Source of the DNA: Candidatus Latescibacterota bacterium
Lineage (GTDB): Bacteria; Latescibacterota; UBA2968; GCA-2709665
Direction of reading: 5' to 3'
Length of the DNA stretch: 64,000 nt
Assembly (NCBI GenBank): GCA_965116875.1
Contig: OZ220733.1
Span: forward strand, 5,088,001 to 5,152,000
Shown here: one piece after another, positions 49,151 through 58,155 of the stretch
How the letters are laid out: the number at the start of each line of letters is the position of its first letter
Position numbering within the stretch: the first letter of the stretch is position 1
Position numbers and translations under genes: made by a program
The notes under the pieces: generated by a model
What the model saw: only the letters and a program-made list of their open reading frames with translations
What the model was told of the DNA's origin: nothing
Database searches by the model: none

Positions 49151-50440
49151 ATGCAATACAAGATGGCGCGGACCGACGCGCAGATCGCGGCGGCCTTTCG
49201 GGAGGCCGCCGAGCAGTATGCCGTATTCGGCGTGAATGCGTTCGAAGCCGTGGAGAAAGCAGCGGACGTTCCCATCTCGCTTCACTGCTGGCAGGCCGAC
49301 GACGTGGCGGGGTTCGAGACGAAGGACGAATCCGTGGAAGGCGGCGGCATCATGGCCACCGGGAACTACCCGGGCCGGGCGCGAAACGGGGATGAACTGC
49401 GCGCCGACCTGAAGCAGGCGATCGATCTGTTGCCGGGGCGGCACCGCGCGAACGTTCACGCTTCCTATGGCGACACGGGGGGTAAAGTCGTGGACCGGGA
49501 CAGCCTGCAACCCGAACACTTCGCCGGCTGGATATCGTGGGCGAAGGAAAACGGCGTCGGCCTGGACTTCAACCCGACGTATTTCGCCCATCCGAAGGCG
49601 AACGACGGGTACACCCTGGCTCATCCGGACGTGGAAATCCGGGAATTCTGGATCCGACACGGCGTGGCGAGCCGGCGAATCGCGGATGCCATGGGTCTTG
49701 CACTGGACGACGTTTGCGTGAACAACCACTGGATTCCCGACGGCGCGAAGGACCATCCCGCGGACCGATTCGGACCCCGTGAACGCCTGGTGGAGTCCCT
49801 GGACGCGGTCCTGGACCCCGTGCTGGGCATCGGTCCGGCCTGCGTGGACGCGGTTGAGGGCAAGCTCTTCGGCCTCGGCGTGGAAGACTACACGGCGGGC
49901 TCCAACGACTTCTACGCGAACTACGCCCTGTCGCGGGGCGCGGTCCTCTGCCTGGACATGGGCCACTTCCACCCCACGGAATCCATCGCGGACAAGATCA
50001 CCGCGCACCTGCCCTTTCACGACAGGCTGCTCATCCACACCAGCCGGCCCATCCGCTGGGATTCGGACCATGTGGTGCTCTTCGGCAACGACGTGCGCAA
50101 CGTCTTCCTGGAAATCGTCCGGTGCGACGCCCTGGACCGCGTGTACGTGGCCCTGGACTTTTTCGACGCCAGCATCAACCGCATCGGCGCGTACGTGATC
50201 GGCGCCCGGGCGACGCGGAAGGCCATCCTCTACGCGCTGCTGGATCCCACACGGCAACTGCAGGAGCTGGAACGGGAGGGCAAACTGGCGCAGAAGCTCG
50301 CCCTGATGGAAGACATGAAAACAATGCCCTTCTCCGCCGTGTGGGACATGACCTGCCTGAAAACCGGCGTCCCCCCCGGCGCCGCCTGGATACCCGAAAT
50401 GGAAGCCTACGAGAAACAGGTCCTGTCAACCCGGACATAA
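49151..50440 (+). CDS. rhaA: L-rhamnose isomerase
   Basis: ISLHCWQADDV, TGNYPGRAR, DMGHFHPTE, RPIRWDSDHV, LDFFDASINRI. Confidence 0.95.
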   Translation: MQYKMARTDAQIAAAFREAAEQYAVFGVNAFEAVEKAADVPISLHCWQADDVAGFETKDESVEGGGIMATGNYPGRARNGDELRADLKQAIDLLPGRHRANVHASYGDTGGKVVDRDSLQPEHFAGWISWAKENGVGLDFNPTYFAHPKANDGYTLAHPDVEIREFWIRHGVASRRIADAMGLALDDVCVNNHWIPDGAKDHPADRFGPRERLVESLDAVLDPVLGIGPACVDAVEGKLFGLGVEDYTAGSNDFYANYALSRGAVLCLDMGHFHPTESIADKITAHLPFHDRLLIHTSRPIRWDSDHVVLFGNDVRNVFLEIVRCDALDRVYVALDFFDASINRIGAYVIGARATRKAILYALLDPTRQLQELEREGKLAQKLALMEDMKTMPFSAVWDMTCLKTGVPPGAAWIPEMEAYEKQVLSTRT

Positions 50441-50601
50441 AGAAAACCGCGGAAGGGGGTGGAAAAATCAACCCGTTCCGCGGTCCTTATCTGCTGCAAT
50501 CCTCCACCTGCATGGCCCGATAAACTTCGTTATCGCTCCCGTAGTCGTTCGTTCGGTTCATTTCCAAGTTTCAAGCGAAACTCAACGGCTGTTCGCTCTC
50601 A

Positions 50602-51340
50602 TTATGTCTCTACCGGATCGTAGGCGAGGTTGAACACGATGTCAGTCATCATACGCTTGAAGTCCTTATCGTCCATATACCGCTTGAACAGTTCGGTGTC
50701 ATCCTTCATCACTCCGGTCATCACGCGCAGCAGCGCCTTGTCATGCTCGATCCGCGCATTCTGCCGGTCGGAGTTCACCCGGGCGTTTCGGAATGCGGTG
50801 TCGGCGGCGACGCGGGCCGGAATGGTTTCTGTGATAAGCTGCTTGACGCGGTCTTCATCCTCCCATTCGATATCCCCGAAATGCTCGTTGAAGACGCGAA
50901 GGATGTTGGAAAGTCGATCCAATTCCAGCTCCGGTTGATGTCCGCCGCCGGCCGTCGGCACCGGATCGATCTCCGCATCCTCGTCCGACAGCATGATCTG
51001 TTGCATTGCCCGCTTCTCTACCCGGTAGCTGTCAAGATCGATCGCATCGAGGATCCCCTTGGAGAGGTCCTCTTCCCATTTTTGATCGTGTCGCGGATTT
51101 GGCGTTCCAGAATGACACTGTCCGTGACGACAAAAATCGAGTGGAATACCGGAGCGCCGTCCTTCTCAAGTCCAATCAACTGGCGGGCGAGCCGGACGAT
51201 GGAGTTGCTCTTCCGGCTGCCGGCAGAGTGCTGGATCCGGTAGCGCTGTCCAGCGCCCGCTGCGCCTCGTCGCGGCTGTAGCGAAGCTGCCGCGTCACGG
51301 AAAAACGGTTCGACCCGAACAATTGCTGAACCTGCGTTTT
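50602..51340 (-). pseudogene. hsdR: Collapsed type I restriction subunit (hsdR) relic
   Basis: Three joined fragments: NRFSVTRQLRYS...LD; IQHSAGSRKSNSI...VVTD...QIRDTIK; EEDLSKGILDAIDLDSYRVEK...QNARIEHDKAL...TELFK. Confidence 0.8.
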
Positions 51341-51347
51341 GCGGCGT

Positions 51348-51689
51348 CTATGTGCCCCGCGTTTTCCTGCCTTCCCGGATCTCCTGAGCCGTAAACAGGC
51401 ATCGCCCGACCGCGTCGACGTGCTCCTTCAGAGGGCGATGCGTCAGCCTTTCATAGCTGGCAATGTCAACCGAGAAAGGCAGATTGCTTTCGTTGAACAG
51501 CGTCCACATTCTGGCGATGCTGGCATCCCTGACGTCTCCGTGAATGACAAGGTCGACGTCGGAATTCCTTCGGTGGTTTCCCGTTGCCCTGGACCCGAAC
51601 AGGTCAACCCGTGTGATCTCATCGGCGAAGTTGGCCAAAACGGCACGAATCGTCTCGAGATCCTCGTCGTAGAGTCCGTGGTCAGTCAG
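51348..51689 (-). CDS. Minimal nucleotidyltransferase, apparent CTG start
   Basis: LFGSRATG...SDVDL, LPFSVD; TAAGGAGG ends 6 nt before CTG ACT GAC. Confidence 0.75.
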   Translation of the reverse strand: MTDHGLYDEDLETIRAVLANFADEITRVDLFGSRATGNHRRNSDVDLVIHGDVRDASIARMWTLFNESNLPFSVDIASYERLTHRPLKEHVDAVGRCLFTAQEIREGRKTRGT

Positions 51690-51700
51690 TGTCCACCTCC

Positions 51701-52129
51701 TTAAGCCACGTAGTCGGTGAACGGGTTGATAACCCGGAGGCCGTCGTAGTCCTGTTCTGAACTCAAATCCTCGGTGTACACGACATCGCAGCCCAAGGCA
51801 CGGGCTGCGGCGAGAATGGCGCCGTCCCAGTAGGACAGCCGAAAGCGCTTGCTGATAGTTACGCTGGCGCAAAAGACCTCGTGAGTGACGTCCTGCACTG
51901 GAAAGTGACTAATGCTCGCGATGAACTGCAGCACGTGGTCCTGGGAGATCGCTCCAGGACGGCTGTCGCGCGTTGCCTGGTGATAGAACTCTTGCAGCAC
52001 CTGCACAGACAGCGCCAAATCTCCCTCCTCCAGCAGCCGTTGGGCCGAACGCTGCTTGCCGGCTTCATCAGGAGCGGGGCTGGCAGCGTATATCAGGACG
52101 TTCGTATCGACAAAGCGCACGTCGCTCAC
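51701..52129 (-). CDS. PIN-domain (VapC-like) toxin
   Basis: FVDTNVLIYA, SVQVLQEF, SYWDGAILAAA, YTEDL. Confidence 0.92.
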   Translation of the reverse strand: MSDVRFVDTNVLIYAASPAPDEAGKQRSAQRLLEEGDLALSVQVLQEFYHQATRDSRPGAISQDHVLQFIASISHFPVQDVTHEVFCASVTISKRFRLSYWDGAILAAARALGCDVVYTEDLSSEQDYDGLRVINPFTDYVA

Positions 52130-52467
52130 CCGCCCTCAGGATTCTCGCGTTCGACAGCGGCCGCCGCCTTGGCTTCGGCCCTTGCCCTGGCCCGGTCGTA
52201 CAGCGCCTCCCGAGACAGGTTGTCGGCGGCCCTGAATCCGGGTGAAGTTGTGCGGATTTTCGCAATGACCTCGCTCAACATCCTACGCCGGCGCTTGGCC
52301 ACTTGCTCCGTGACCGCCCCGCTGTCGGTTGTGCCGTCTTTGCGGTCCGTTGCCAGACTCTTCAGGTAGTCTCGCACGAGGGCCGATACCGACGTGTCCA
52401 ATTCTGCCGCACGGATGCGCGCGAGCCGATGGGTCTCTTCGTCGACGGAAACGGTAATATTTCTCAT
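52126..52467 (-). CDS. RHH-type (VapB-like) antitoxin
   Basis: MRNITVSVDEETHRLARIRAAELDTSVSALVRDYL...LSREALYDR; GTGA overlap with the PIN gene. Confidence 0.85.
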   Translation of the reverse strand: MRNITVSVDEETHRLARIRAAELDTSVSALVRDYLKSLATDRKDGTTDSGAVTEQVAKRRRRMLSEVIAKIRTTSPGFRAADNLSREALYDRARARAEAKAAAAVERENPEGG

Positions 52468-52546
52468 AGTCACAGACTCACAGTTTCTGCGTAACACAAT
52501 ATATACATTTGCCGGTCGATCGGCAACAGTTGCGGCGGTGCGGGAA

Positions 52547-52574
52547 GTAGGGGCGACCGGCCGGTCGCCCCTAC
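52547..52574. repeat. GTAG-type REP palindrome
   Basis: Perfect 28-bp palindrome GTAGGGGCGACCGGCCGGTCGCCCCTAC; second copy at 54225-54248. Confidence 0.85.
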
Positions 52575-52605
52575 GGCGATGGGATCCTGGTCATCCCAAA
52601 AGACA

Positions 52606-52676
52606 GAATTCTCGCAGCGTTCCGACAATCTGGCCAGGCTATATTGCGCTGTATCGCCGAATCCGCCGCCAGTTCA
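52606..52676 (-). pseudogene. 3' remnant of REP-associated tyrosine transposase (RAYT), copy 1
   Basis: With two 1-nt corrections reads ELARIRRYSAYSLARLSERCEN; visibly homologous to 54128-54190. Confidence 0.5.
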
Positions 52677-52734
52677 CCATATACCTGAAATTCCAGCATA
52701 CGCCGAAAGCCTTCGTTCCCGTCACGGTTCTTCA

Positions 52735-52980
52735 TCATGAATCGCCCTTGGCGCCGGATCGACCGCCATCGCTTGTCCCATCGTCCTGCCGGGGTCGCAC
52801 AATCCGGGACTTCGGAATGTGTGCGAAGTAGGGATCCTTGCCGACGGCCGCATTGAGTTGTCGACGCCGCTCTTCCGGGGACATTCCCGCCAGTTCCGCG
52901 TTGATCCGGTCCCGGACCTCGCGCGTCCACGTTACGCAATCGAAGGATCTCTCGCCGCTTCCGTCCCGCGATGCAGGCAA
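52735..52980 (-). CDS. Small hypothetical protein (FDCV motif), paralog 1
   Basis: SFDCVTWTREVRDRINAELAGMSPEER aligns with 53293-53508. Confidence 0.65.
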   Translation of the reverse strand: MPASRDGSGERSFDCVTWTREVRDRINAELAGMSPEERRRQLNAAVGKDPYFAHIPKSRIVRPRQDDGTSDGGRSGAKGDS

Positions 52981-53292
52981 ACGTGCCGCCTCTCAGGTAT
53001 CGACACGTGGAAACCGCACGGGGTTGATCCGATGCTGCAGTAGATCCTTCGTCGGCTTGGGGGTCGGCACAAAATGATCGTCTGGTGTCAAGTAAAACCT
53101 ATGCACTTCGCGGACGTTGCACCCAGGCCCCTTCGACAGGCTCAGGGCAAGTCCTCTGGATGACAGTGGGAAGCCACGTGCATGGCAATCATAAAACATG
53201 CCATTCTAAGCGTACTTGCCTCCTCAGGATGAAGGGTCTCCGTCGCGATATGCGGAACATCACCGGCCTGTACGCTTCAGTTTCCTTTGGGT

Positions 53293-53508
53293 TCAGCCGT
53301 CGGAACTGTCTGTTTGCCTGTCCTGCGCTGATTTGCGTATCTGCGCGGCCATTGCTTCCAGCACAGGGTCGGAATACCGCCTGGAATTGAACCACTCTAT
53401 CCGTTCATCAGCAGTCATATCGGCGGTTTCGGCGGTTATGCGGGCGCGGGCCTGGCGCATGAATTCGACACAGTCGAATTTCTTTTTGCGGCGGGGGCCT
53501 TCAGACAT
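53293..53508 (-). CDS. Small hypothetical protein (FDCV motif), paralog 2
   Basis: KKKFDCVEFMRQARARITAETADMTADER; AGGA RBS. Confidence 0.7.
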   Translation of the reverse strand: MSEGPRRKKKFDCVEFMRQARARITAETADMTADERIEWFNSRRYSDPVLEAMAAQIRKSAQDRQTDSSDG

Positions 53509-53634
53509 GGACGATTTCCTCGTGGGCTCGATTGTCGATCGTGGCGTATCCATTATGACAATCGACTTCGTTGCCGGGCCAGATGCGCATGAATCCTTCT
53601 GTTTGGAGAAGGTTTTTGGCCGGGGATCATGGAG

Positions 53635-53883
53635 TTACCCGAAGAGAGTTTCTCGTACCTCGCGTTTGGACAGACCAAGAAACTCCGATACGTCAGCGAC
53701 GATTCCGTCAAGCGTTCCGACGCGCACATCCCGATGTCTCGGTACGGTCACGCTGTGCCGGTTGCCCTCGATTGTCAACGTCACAGTCATGTGGTTGCCT
53801 TTAGTTCGCGTCACGCGGTAGCCATAGTGACGGGTCAGCAGCCTGGCAACCTGGTTTCCTGCGAGGTCGCGTGGTAGCTTCAT
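53635..53883 (-). CDS. HicA family toxin
   Basis: YGYRVTRTKGNH, VTVPRH...VGTLDGI. Confidence 0.88.
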   Translation of the reverse strand: MKLPRDLAGNQVARLLTRHYGYRVTRTKGNHMTVTLTIEGNRHSVTVPRHRDVRVGTLDGIVADVSEFLGLSKREVRETLFG

Positions 53884-54092
53884 ACGGCAATGGCCTCGAC
53901 TCTGACGAGATGCAGCCTGATCACTCGTGGCATGTTCTCGTCGTCAAAATGACAGCGCACCGCGTCTCGCACCATGTCCTTCAGGTCGGTCCAGTCTTCT
54001 CCCTGCGTGAAGATACTGTGCCCGAGCGCTCTGGCGTCGTATCCGCCTTCAACCGCTTCGGTCACCTCGAAGATGATCTCGCTCGGTTTCAT
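53880..54092 (-). CDS. Short HicB-like antitoxin
   Basis: EIIFEV...EGGYDARA...IFTQGE...DAVRCHF; ATGA overlap with hicA. Confidence 0.8.
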   Translation of the reverse strand: MKPSEIIFEVTEAVEGGYDARALGHSIFTQGEDWTDLKDMVRDAVRCHFDDENMPRVIRLHLVRVEAIAV

Positions 54093-54127
54093 GTGTTTAT
54101 CCTCCGTGGGTCGTAACGATTCTCTGC

Positions 54128-54248
54128 GTCAGGATTCTCGGGGACTTCAGACCATCCGGCCGGGTTATACGCACTGTATTGCCGAATCCGACACAATGTG
54201 GATTCGTTCCGGATTCACTCATGCGGGCGACCGGCCGGTCGCCCCTAC
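54128..54248 (-). pseudogene. RAYT remnant copy 2 with adjacent REP
   Basis: Minus strand RIRQYSAYNPAGWSEVPENP resembles the RAYT C-terminal RxYIxxNPxxWxxDxENP; REP at 54225-54248. Confidence 0.6.
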
Positions 54249-54310
54249 AAGACAGAAAGGCGAATCACCCGTGGGGGCGTCGCCTCGGTCGAAGAATACC
54301 ACCGCTTCTC

Positions 54311-55480
54311 TCACCCCCGGTTCCCGCCTCCCCACGCGGACGAGAACTGATCGCCGTCCGCAAAACGGCTGGGACGGAACGGGTGCAGATCGAACGCGGG
54401 CGTCCGGCCGAGTATGACGTCGCTCAGCGAATCGGCAATCGGCGGGCCCAGCTTGAAGCCGTGCCCGCTCCCGCCGAAGAAGGCGTAGTAGCCCTCCAGA
54501 CCCGGCTCGGTTCCAACCAGGGGATGCCAGTCGTCCGCAATGGTATAGACCGACGCCCAGCCCTTCAGGTATGCCCCCTGCCGGAACGCGGGCACCCGTT
54601 CGAAGGTCCCTGACTCGATGCGCCGTCGCGTGGGCGCATCCAGGTCCGGATCGTACGCGTCCACGTCCATCGGCTCCACCTCTTTGGGAAAACTCAGGCC
54701 GGCAAGCAACCCGTTTTCGCCGTCGGGACGAAAATAGATCCGGAGATTGGGATCGGAGACCACGGGAAACGTACCGAATCCCTGCGGCAATCGCATTACC
54801 AGATCGCTCTCCCGGCTCCATCGAACCGAATAGTTCAGGCCCGCGGACAATCCGATATGCCGGCCCCATGGACCCGCCGCGTTGATCACCAGTTCAGTTT
54901 GAATTTTGCCGGCATCCGTCTCCACCCCCGTCACGCGATCGCCGGACAGCCGGATTCGCGTTGCCCCCACGCCCTCGTAACACGCCAGTCCCCAGTCCGC
55001 GGCGCGCGTCACCAGGTTCCGGACCGTCCTGACGGGGTCCGCGTACCCCGACGCGGGTTCGTAGATGCCTGAGACGATCCCGTCCGTGTTTACGCCCGGG
55101 ACGAGTTCCCCGATCTCATCCGTTTCCACCTCCACGGCCCGGGTGTGATTCCGCTGCTCCGCCTCCAGCACCGCCAGGCCGGAGGCCGCGGTATGCTCGC
55201 CCAGAAGACAGATATAACCCGTATTGCGAAAGCCGCAATCTCCCCCCAGCGCCTCCTGTCCGTACGCGAACATCTCCAGCGCCTTCATGGACAACCGGAT
55301 GGTCAGGTCGTTCGAGTAGAAAGTGCGGATCACCGCGGCCGAATGGCCCGTGCTCACGGCGGCCAGCGACCGTTTTTCCAGGAGCGCGACGTCCCCCAGT
55401 CCCTTCTTTGCGAGAAAATGGGCCGCGCTGGCCCCCATGATTCCCCCGCCGATCACAACCGCGTCTGCCACCTTTAGCAT
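54311..55480 (-). CDS. FAD-dependent oxidoreductase (DAO/sarcosine oxidase beta-like)
   Basis: VVIGGGIMG, INAAGPW, DWHPLVG, GSGHGFKLGP. Confidence 0.9.
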   Translation of the reverse strand: MLKVADAVVIGGGIMGASAAHFLAKKGLGDVALLEKRSLAAVSTGHSAAVIRTFYSNDLTIRLSMKALEMFAYGQEALGGDCGFRNTGYICLLGEHTAASGLAVLEAEQRNHTRAVEVETDEIGELVPGVNTDGIVSGIYEPASGYADPVRTVRNLVTRAADWGLACYEGVGATRIRLSGDRVTGVETDAGKIQTELVINAAGPWGRHIGLSAGLNYSVRWSRESDLVMRLPQGFGTFPVVSDPNLRIYFRPDGENGLLAGLSFPKEVEPMDVDAYDPDLDAPTRRRIESGTFERVPAFRQGAYLKGWASVYTIADDWHPLVGTEPGLEGYYAFFGGSGHGFKLGPPIADSLSDVILGRTPAFDLHPFRPSRFADGDQFSSAWGGGNRG

Positions 55481-55547
55481 CTGCATGCTCCTGTGCGACC
55501 TGTTGCTCCAGTTCATGTTCCCGGATGGCGATCCCCGGCAACGAGGG

Positions 55548-55949
55548 TCAGACCTTCACGAAGACCATGGAAACCTGCGATCCGGCAAGCGACGAAGTCA
55601 ACGTCAGCTCATTCCCGTTGACAGTGGCGTTGGTACCGACAAGACCCAGCGTCGCTGCTTCCTGGAAGAGAATGCTCGATCCCTCTATCGCGTACGTTCC
55701 GTCGGAGTAGCGATCTTCGTGCCCAAGCGACGGGATGCTCAGACTCAGGGAAAAGTCGCCCGTTGTCGTAAGTACAAGCGTGCCGGTTGCTTCGGGCGGA
55801 CGGAGTGTCTGGGTTGCCGCGCCGCTTGCCAGTTGTATCTCGCGGAGCGTATAGGTGCCTGCCAGCGTATCGTAATTCAGCGGATTGTCTTCTCCACAGG
55901 ACATGAACAGCAGTGCCACGACAAACGAAAACGGTTTGAATCTCTTCAT
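55548..55949 (-). CDS. Lipoprotein, lipocalin-like beta barrel
   Basis: Lipobox LFMSC, LAGTYTL, GTYAIEG. Confidence 0.7.
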   Translation of the reverse strand: MKRFKPFSFVVALLFMSCGEDNPLNYDTLAGTYTLREIQLASGAATQTLRPPEATGTLVLTTTGDFSLSLSIPSLGHEDRYSDGTYAIEGSSILFQEAATLGLVGTNATVNGNELTLTSSLAGSQVSMVFVKV

Positions 55950-55985
55950 CGCGCACCTCCGGGTCCGGCTGTTTATTTGAATCTA

Positions 55986-56148
55986 ATGTCCTGTCCCAAA
56001 AATTCCTCACCATTCGGCCGCCGATTCATCCCGTCTCGCTGCGTTCCCCTCGCTCGCCGACCATACGCAGGTCGCCTGCGCTCGGGCGCCTTGCGATCCG
56101 GGCGACTCAGCGGCCGAATTCAGGCAACTTATTTCCGGGACAGAACAC
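55986..56148. mobile_element. Palindromic MITE-like element inserted at TA
   Basis: Terminal IRs ATGTCCTGTCCCAAAAAT / GTGTTCTGTCCCGGAAAT (14/18); TA on both flanks; internal attcggccgc/gcggccgaat stem. Confidence 0.65.
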
Positions 56149-57011
56149 TAGCGAATGATGTCCTCCAGATACGCCTTGGCCGTTAGCAGCCCCTCCTGAT
56201 TCAGGGCCGTGCTCCCCATATAGCGGTCGTCTTCCAGCTCGATTGCAAGCGGGCCGTCGTAGCCGAACTCTTCCAGGCGCGCCACAATCCAGATCCAGTC
56301 GGCGTCGCCCCAGCCGGGAATGCAATACCGCCACCAGCCTTCCCCGTGTCCATATCGCCTGCCGAAGCTCTGGCCGAGGCTGCCGTACAGATACAGACCG
56401 TCTGAAAGCAGTTCCGTGTCTTTGGCGTGCACGTGCCGGACGCGGTCTCCGAATTCCATCAGCAGACGCTGATGATCCACGCCGATCCGGATGAAATGCG
56501 ACGGATCGTAGCAGATCCCGAGATGGGGGGACGGCACGACCTCGAATACGGCACGGAGCGTTTCTGGCGTGCATCCCAGATTGCCGTAGCCCGGCGCGCC
56601 TCCCGGATAAGGTTCGATGGCAAGATGGACGTCCTGTTGTTCCGCATACGCCACAATCGCGGGATAGACCTCCTTGAAAATCTCGAAACTCTCGGCCCTT
56701 GACTGCATGCCTTCGTCCGGGGACAGGCAGAGAAAAACCACGCCGGAACCGTGGACACCCGTATCGTGGATGCGCCGCTTCATCGCCGCGACCGCCCCCT
56801 GCCGTACCCCGTCGTCCTTGCTCAGCAGGGCGCCGCCCACCCCCCAGTCGACCGTACCGATCGCCAGTCCCGCCCCGTCGAAAACGCCGCGAATTCCGGC
56901 GTCGACTTCCGGGACGTCGACAGATCCGAAACCGCATTCGCTCGCCCACGCCACCACGCCCTCAAGACCCAACTCCCTTCCCATTGGCGGTATCCGCATC
57001 CCAACGTGCAT
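56148..57011 (-). CDS. Sugar phosphate isomerase/epimerase (xylose isomerase-like TIM barrel)
   Basis: LAIEP, YDPSH, HVHAKD, PGWGD, AIELED. Confidence 0.88.
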   Translation of the reverse strand: MHVGMRIPPMGRELGLEGVVAWASECGFGSVDVPEVDAGIRGVFDGAGLAIGTVDWGVGGALLSKDDGVRQGAVAAMKRRIHDTGVHGSGVVFLCLSPDEGMQSRAESFEIFKEVYPAIVAYAEQQDVHLAIEPYPGGAPGYGNLGCTPETLRAVFEVVPSPHLGICYDPSHFIRIGVDHQRLLMEFGDRVRHVHAKDTELLSDGLYLYGSLGQSFGRRYGHGEGWWRYCIPGWGDADWIWIVARLEEFGYDGPLAIELEDDRYMGSTALNQEGLLTAKAYLEDIIR

Positions 57012-57071
57012 AATTTCCTCCGTGATATTGGTGATTGAATCGACCGACCGCGTCCCTCGTGACGATTTTTC

Positions 57072-57977
57072 CTAAACCGACCAGAGGTCGCGGATACCGG
57101 CAAGAATCCCATCGAGTTCGGCGTGATCGTGCTTGTCCAGCGGACCGGTCGCGGAGGTCCTTACCCGGGCGGACCGGATCACCCCGCGTCGGCGGAGCAC
57201 CTCTTTATAACCCTGTACGCTGTGCAACGATTCAAAATTCAACAGAGGCAACAGGCGGTTGAACACCTCGCGGGCGCGTGACGCGTCGCCCCCCTGCCAT
57301 GCATTCCATACCGCGGCGTGCACGTCGGGAACGTCGCAGGCCGGCATGGTCCCGGCCGCACCCCGACTCATTTCGTCAATCAGGAATCGTCCGGCAGCGC
57401 CCCCGAACACACCCTCCACCGAATCCCCGCAGGCTGCGATATCCGCCGAAACCGAATGCGTAACCGGGGGGACTTCCTCTTTGACGTAAAGCACGCGTTC
57501 GATTTCGCTTGATATCCGACCCAACAGCGCGGGCGACATCGGCACCCCGATCGGCAGCGGATAGTTCTGTACGAATATCGGCAGTTCCGTCGCCGCGGAG
57601 AGCGCCTCGTAATACGCCCGCACGCCATCGGCCGGAGGTTTGGAGACATAGGGCGGCATGGCGATCACGGCGTCGGCCCCGGCATCGGACGCGTGTTTCG
57701 CCAGCCAGACGGCCACCTGGGCGCTCACGCCGGACACGCCGGCAACGAAAGGCAGCCGGCCCCGCGCCGTCCTGCCCACGACTTCGATCAAGCGCAATCG
57801 TTCCGGATCGGACAACGCGCTGAATTCGCTTGCGTTCGCGGGCGTGACCAGCCCGTGCGCTCCCGCCGCGATCGAGAATTCCACAACGGACTTCAACCCG
57901 TCTTCGTCAATCGAACCGTCGTCCGTAAACGGTGTTGCCAGAATGACGAACACCCCCCGAAACGGCCGCCCCGCCAT
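57072..57977 (-). CDS. Dihydrodipicolinate synthase family aldolase
   Basis: TPFTDDGSID, ASEF..LSDPER, MPPY, YVKEE. Confidence 0.88.
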   Translation of the reverse strand: MAGRPFRGVFVILATPFTDDGSIDEDGLKSVVEFSIAAGAHGLVTPANASEFSALSDPERLRLIEVVGRTARGRLPFVAGVSGVSAQVAVWLAKHASDAGADAVIAMPPYVSKPPADGVRAYYEALSAATELPIFVQNYPLPIGVPMSPALLGRISSEIERVLYVKEEVPPVTHSVSADIAACGDSVEGVFGGAAGRFLIDEMSRGAAGTMPACDVPDVHAAVWNAWQGGDASRAREVFNRLLPLLNFESLHSVQGYKEVLRRRGVIRSARVRTSATGPLDKHDHAELDGILAGIRDLWSV

Positions 57978-58032
57978 TCATCTCCCCTCTCGCTCTTGAT
58001 TGGACGTTCAACCCAACCCAACCCCCCATCCA

Positions 58033-58114
58033 ATGGTAAGGTTGAGTAGGGAGATGTCAAGCGGAAAATCCCCCCGATAATTCGATTGACTTACTCCGGA
58101 CCCCGGCCTACCAT
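58033..58114. promoter_or_regulatory. Divergent sigma70 promoters
   Basis: Plus strand TTGACT-N17-TACCAT (58086-58114); minus strand TTGACA-N16-TACCAT (58060-58033). Confidence 0.55.
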
Positions 58115-58155
58115 ATTCAAATATCACGCGCAAACCTCCATTTGCCGGGTTACCC

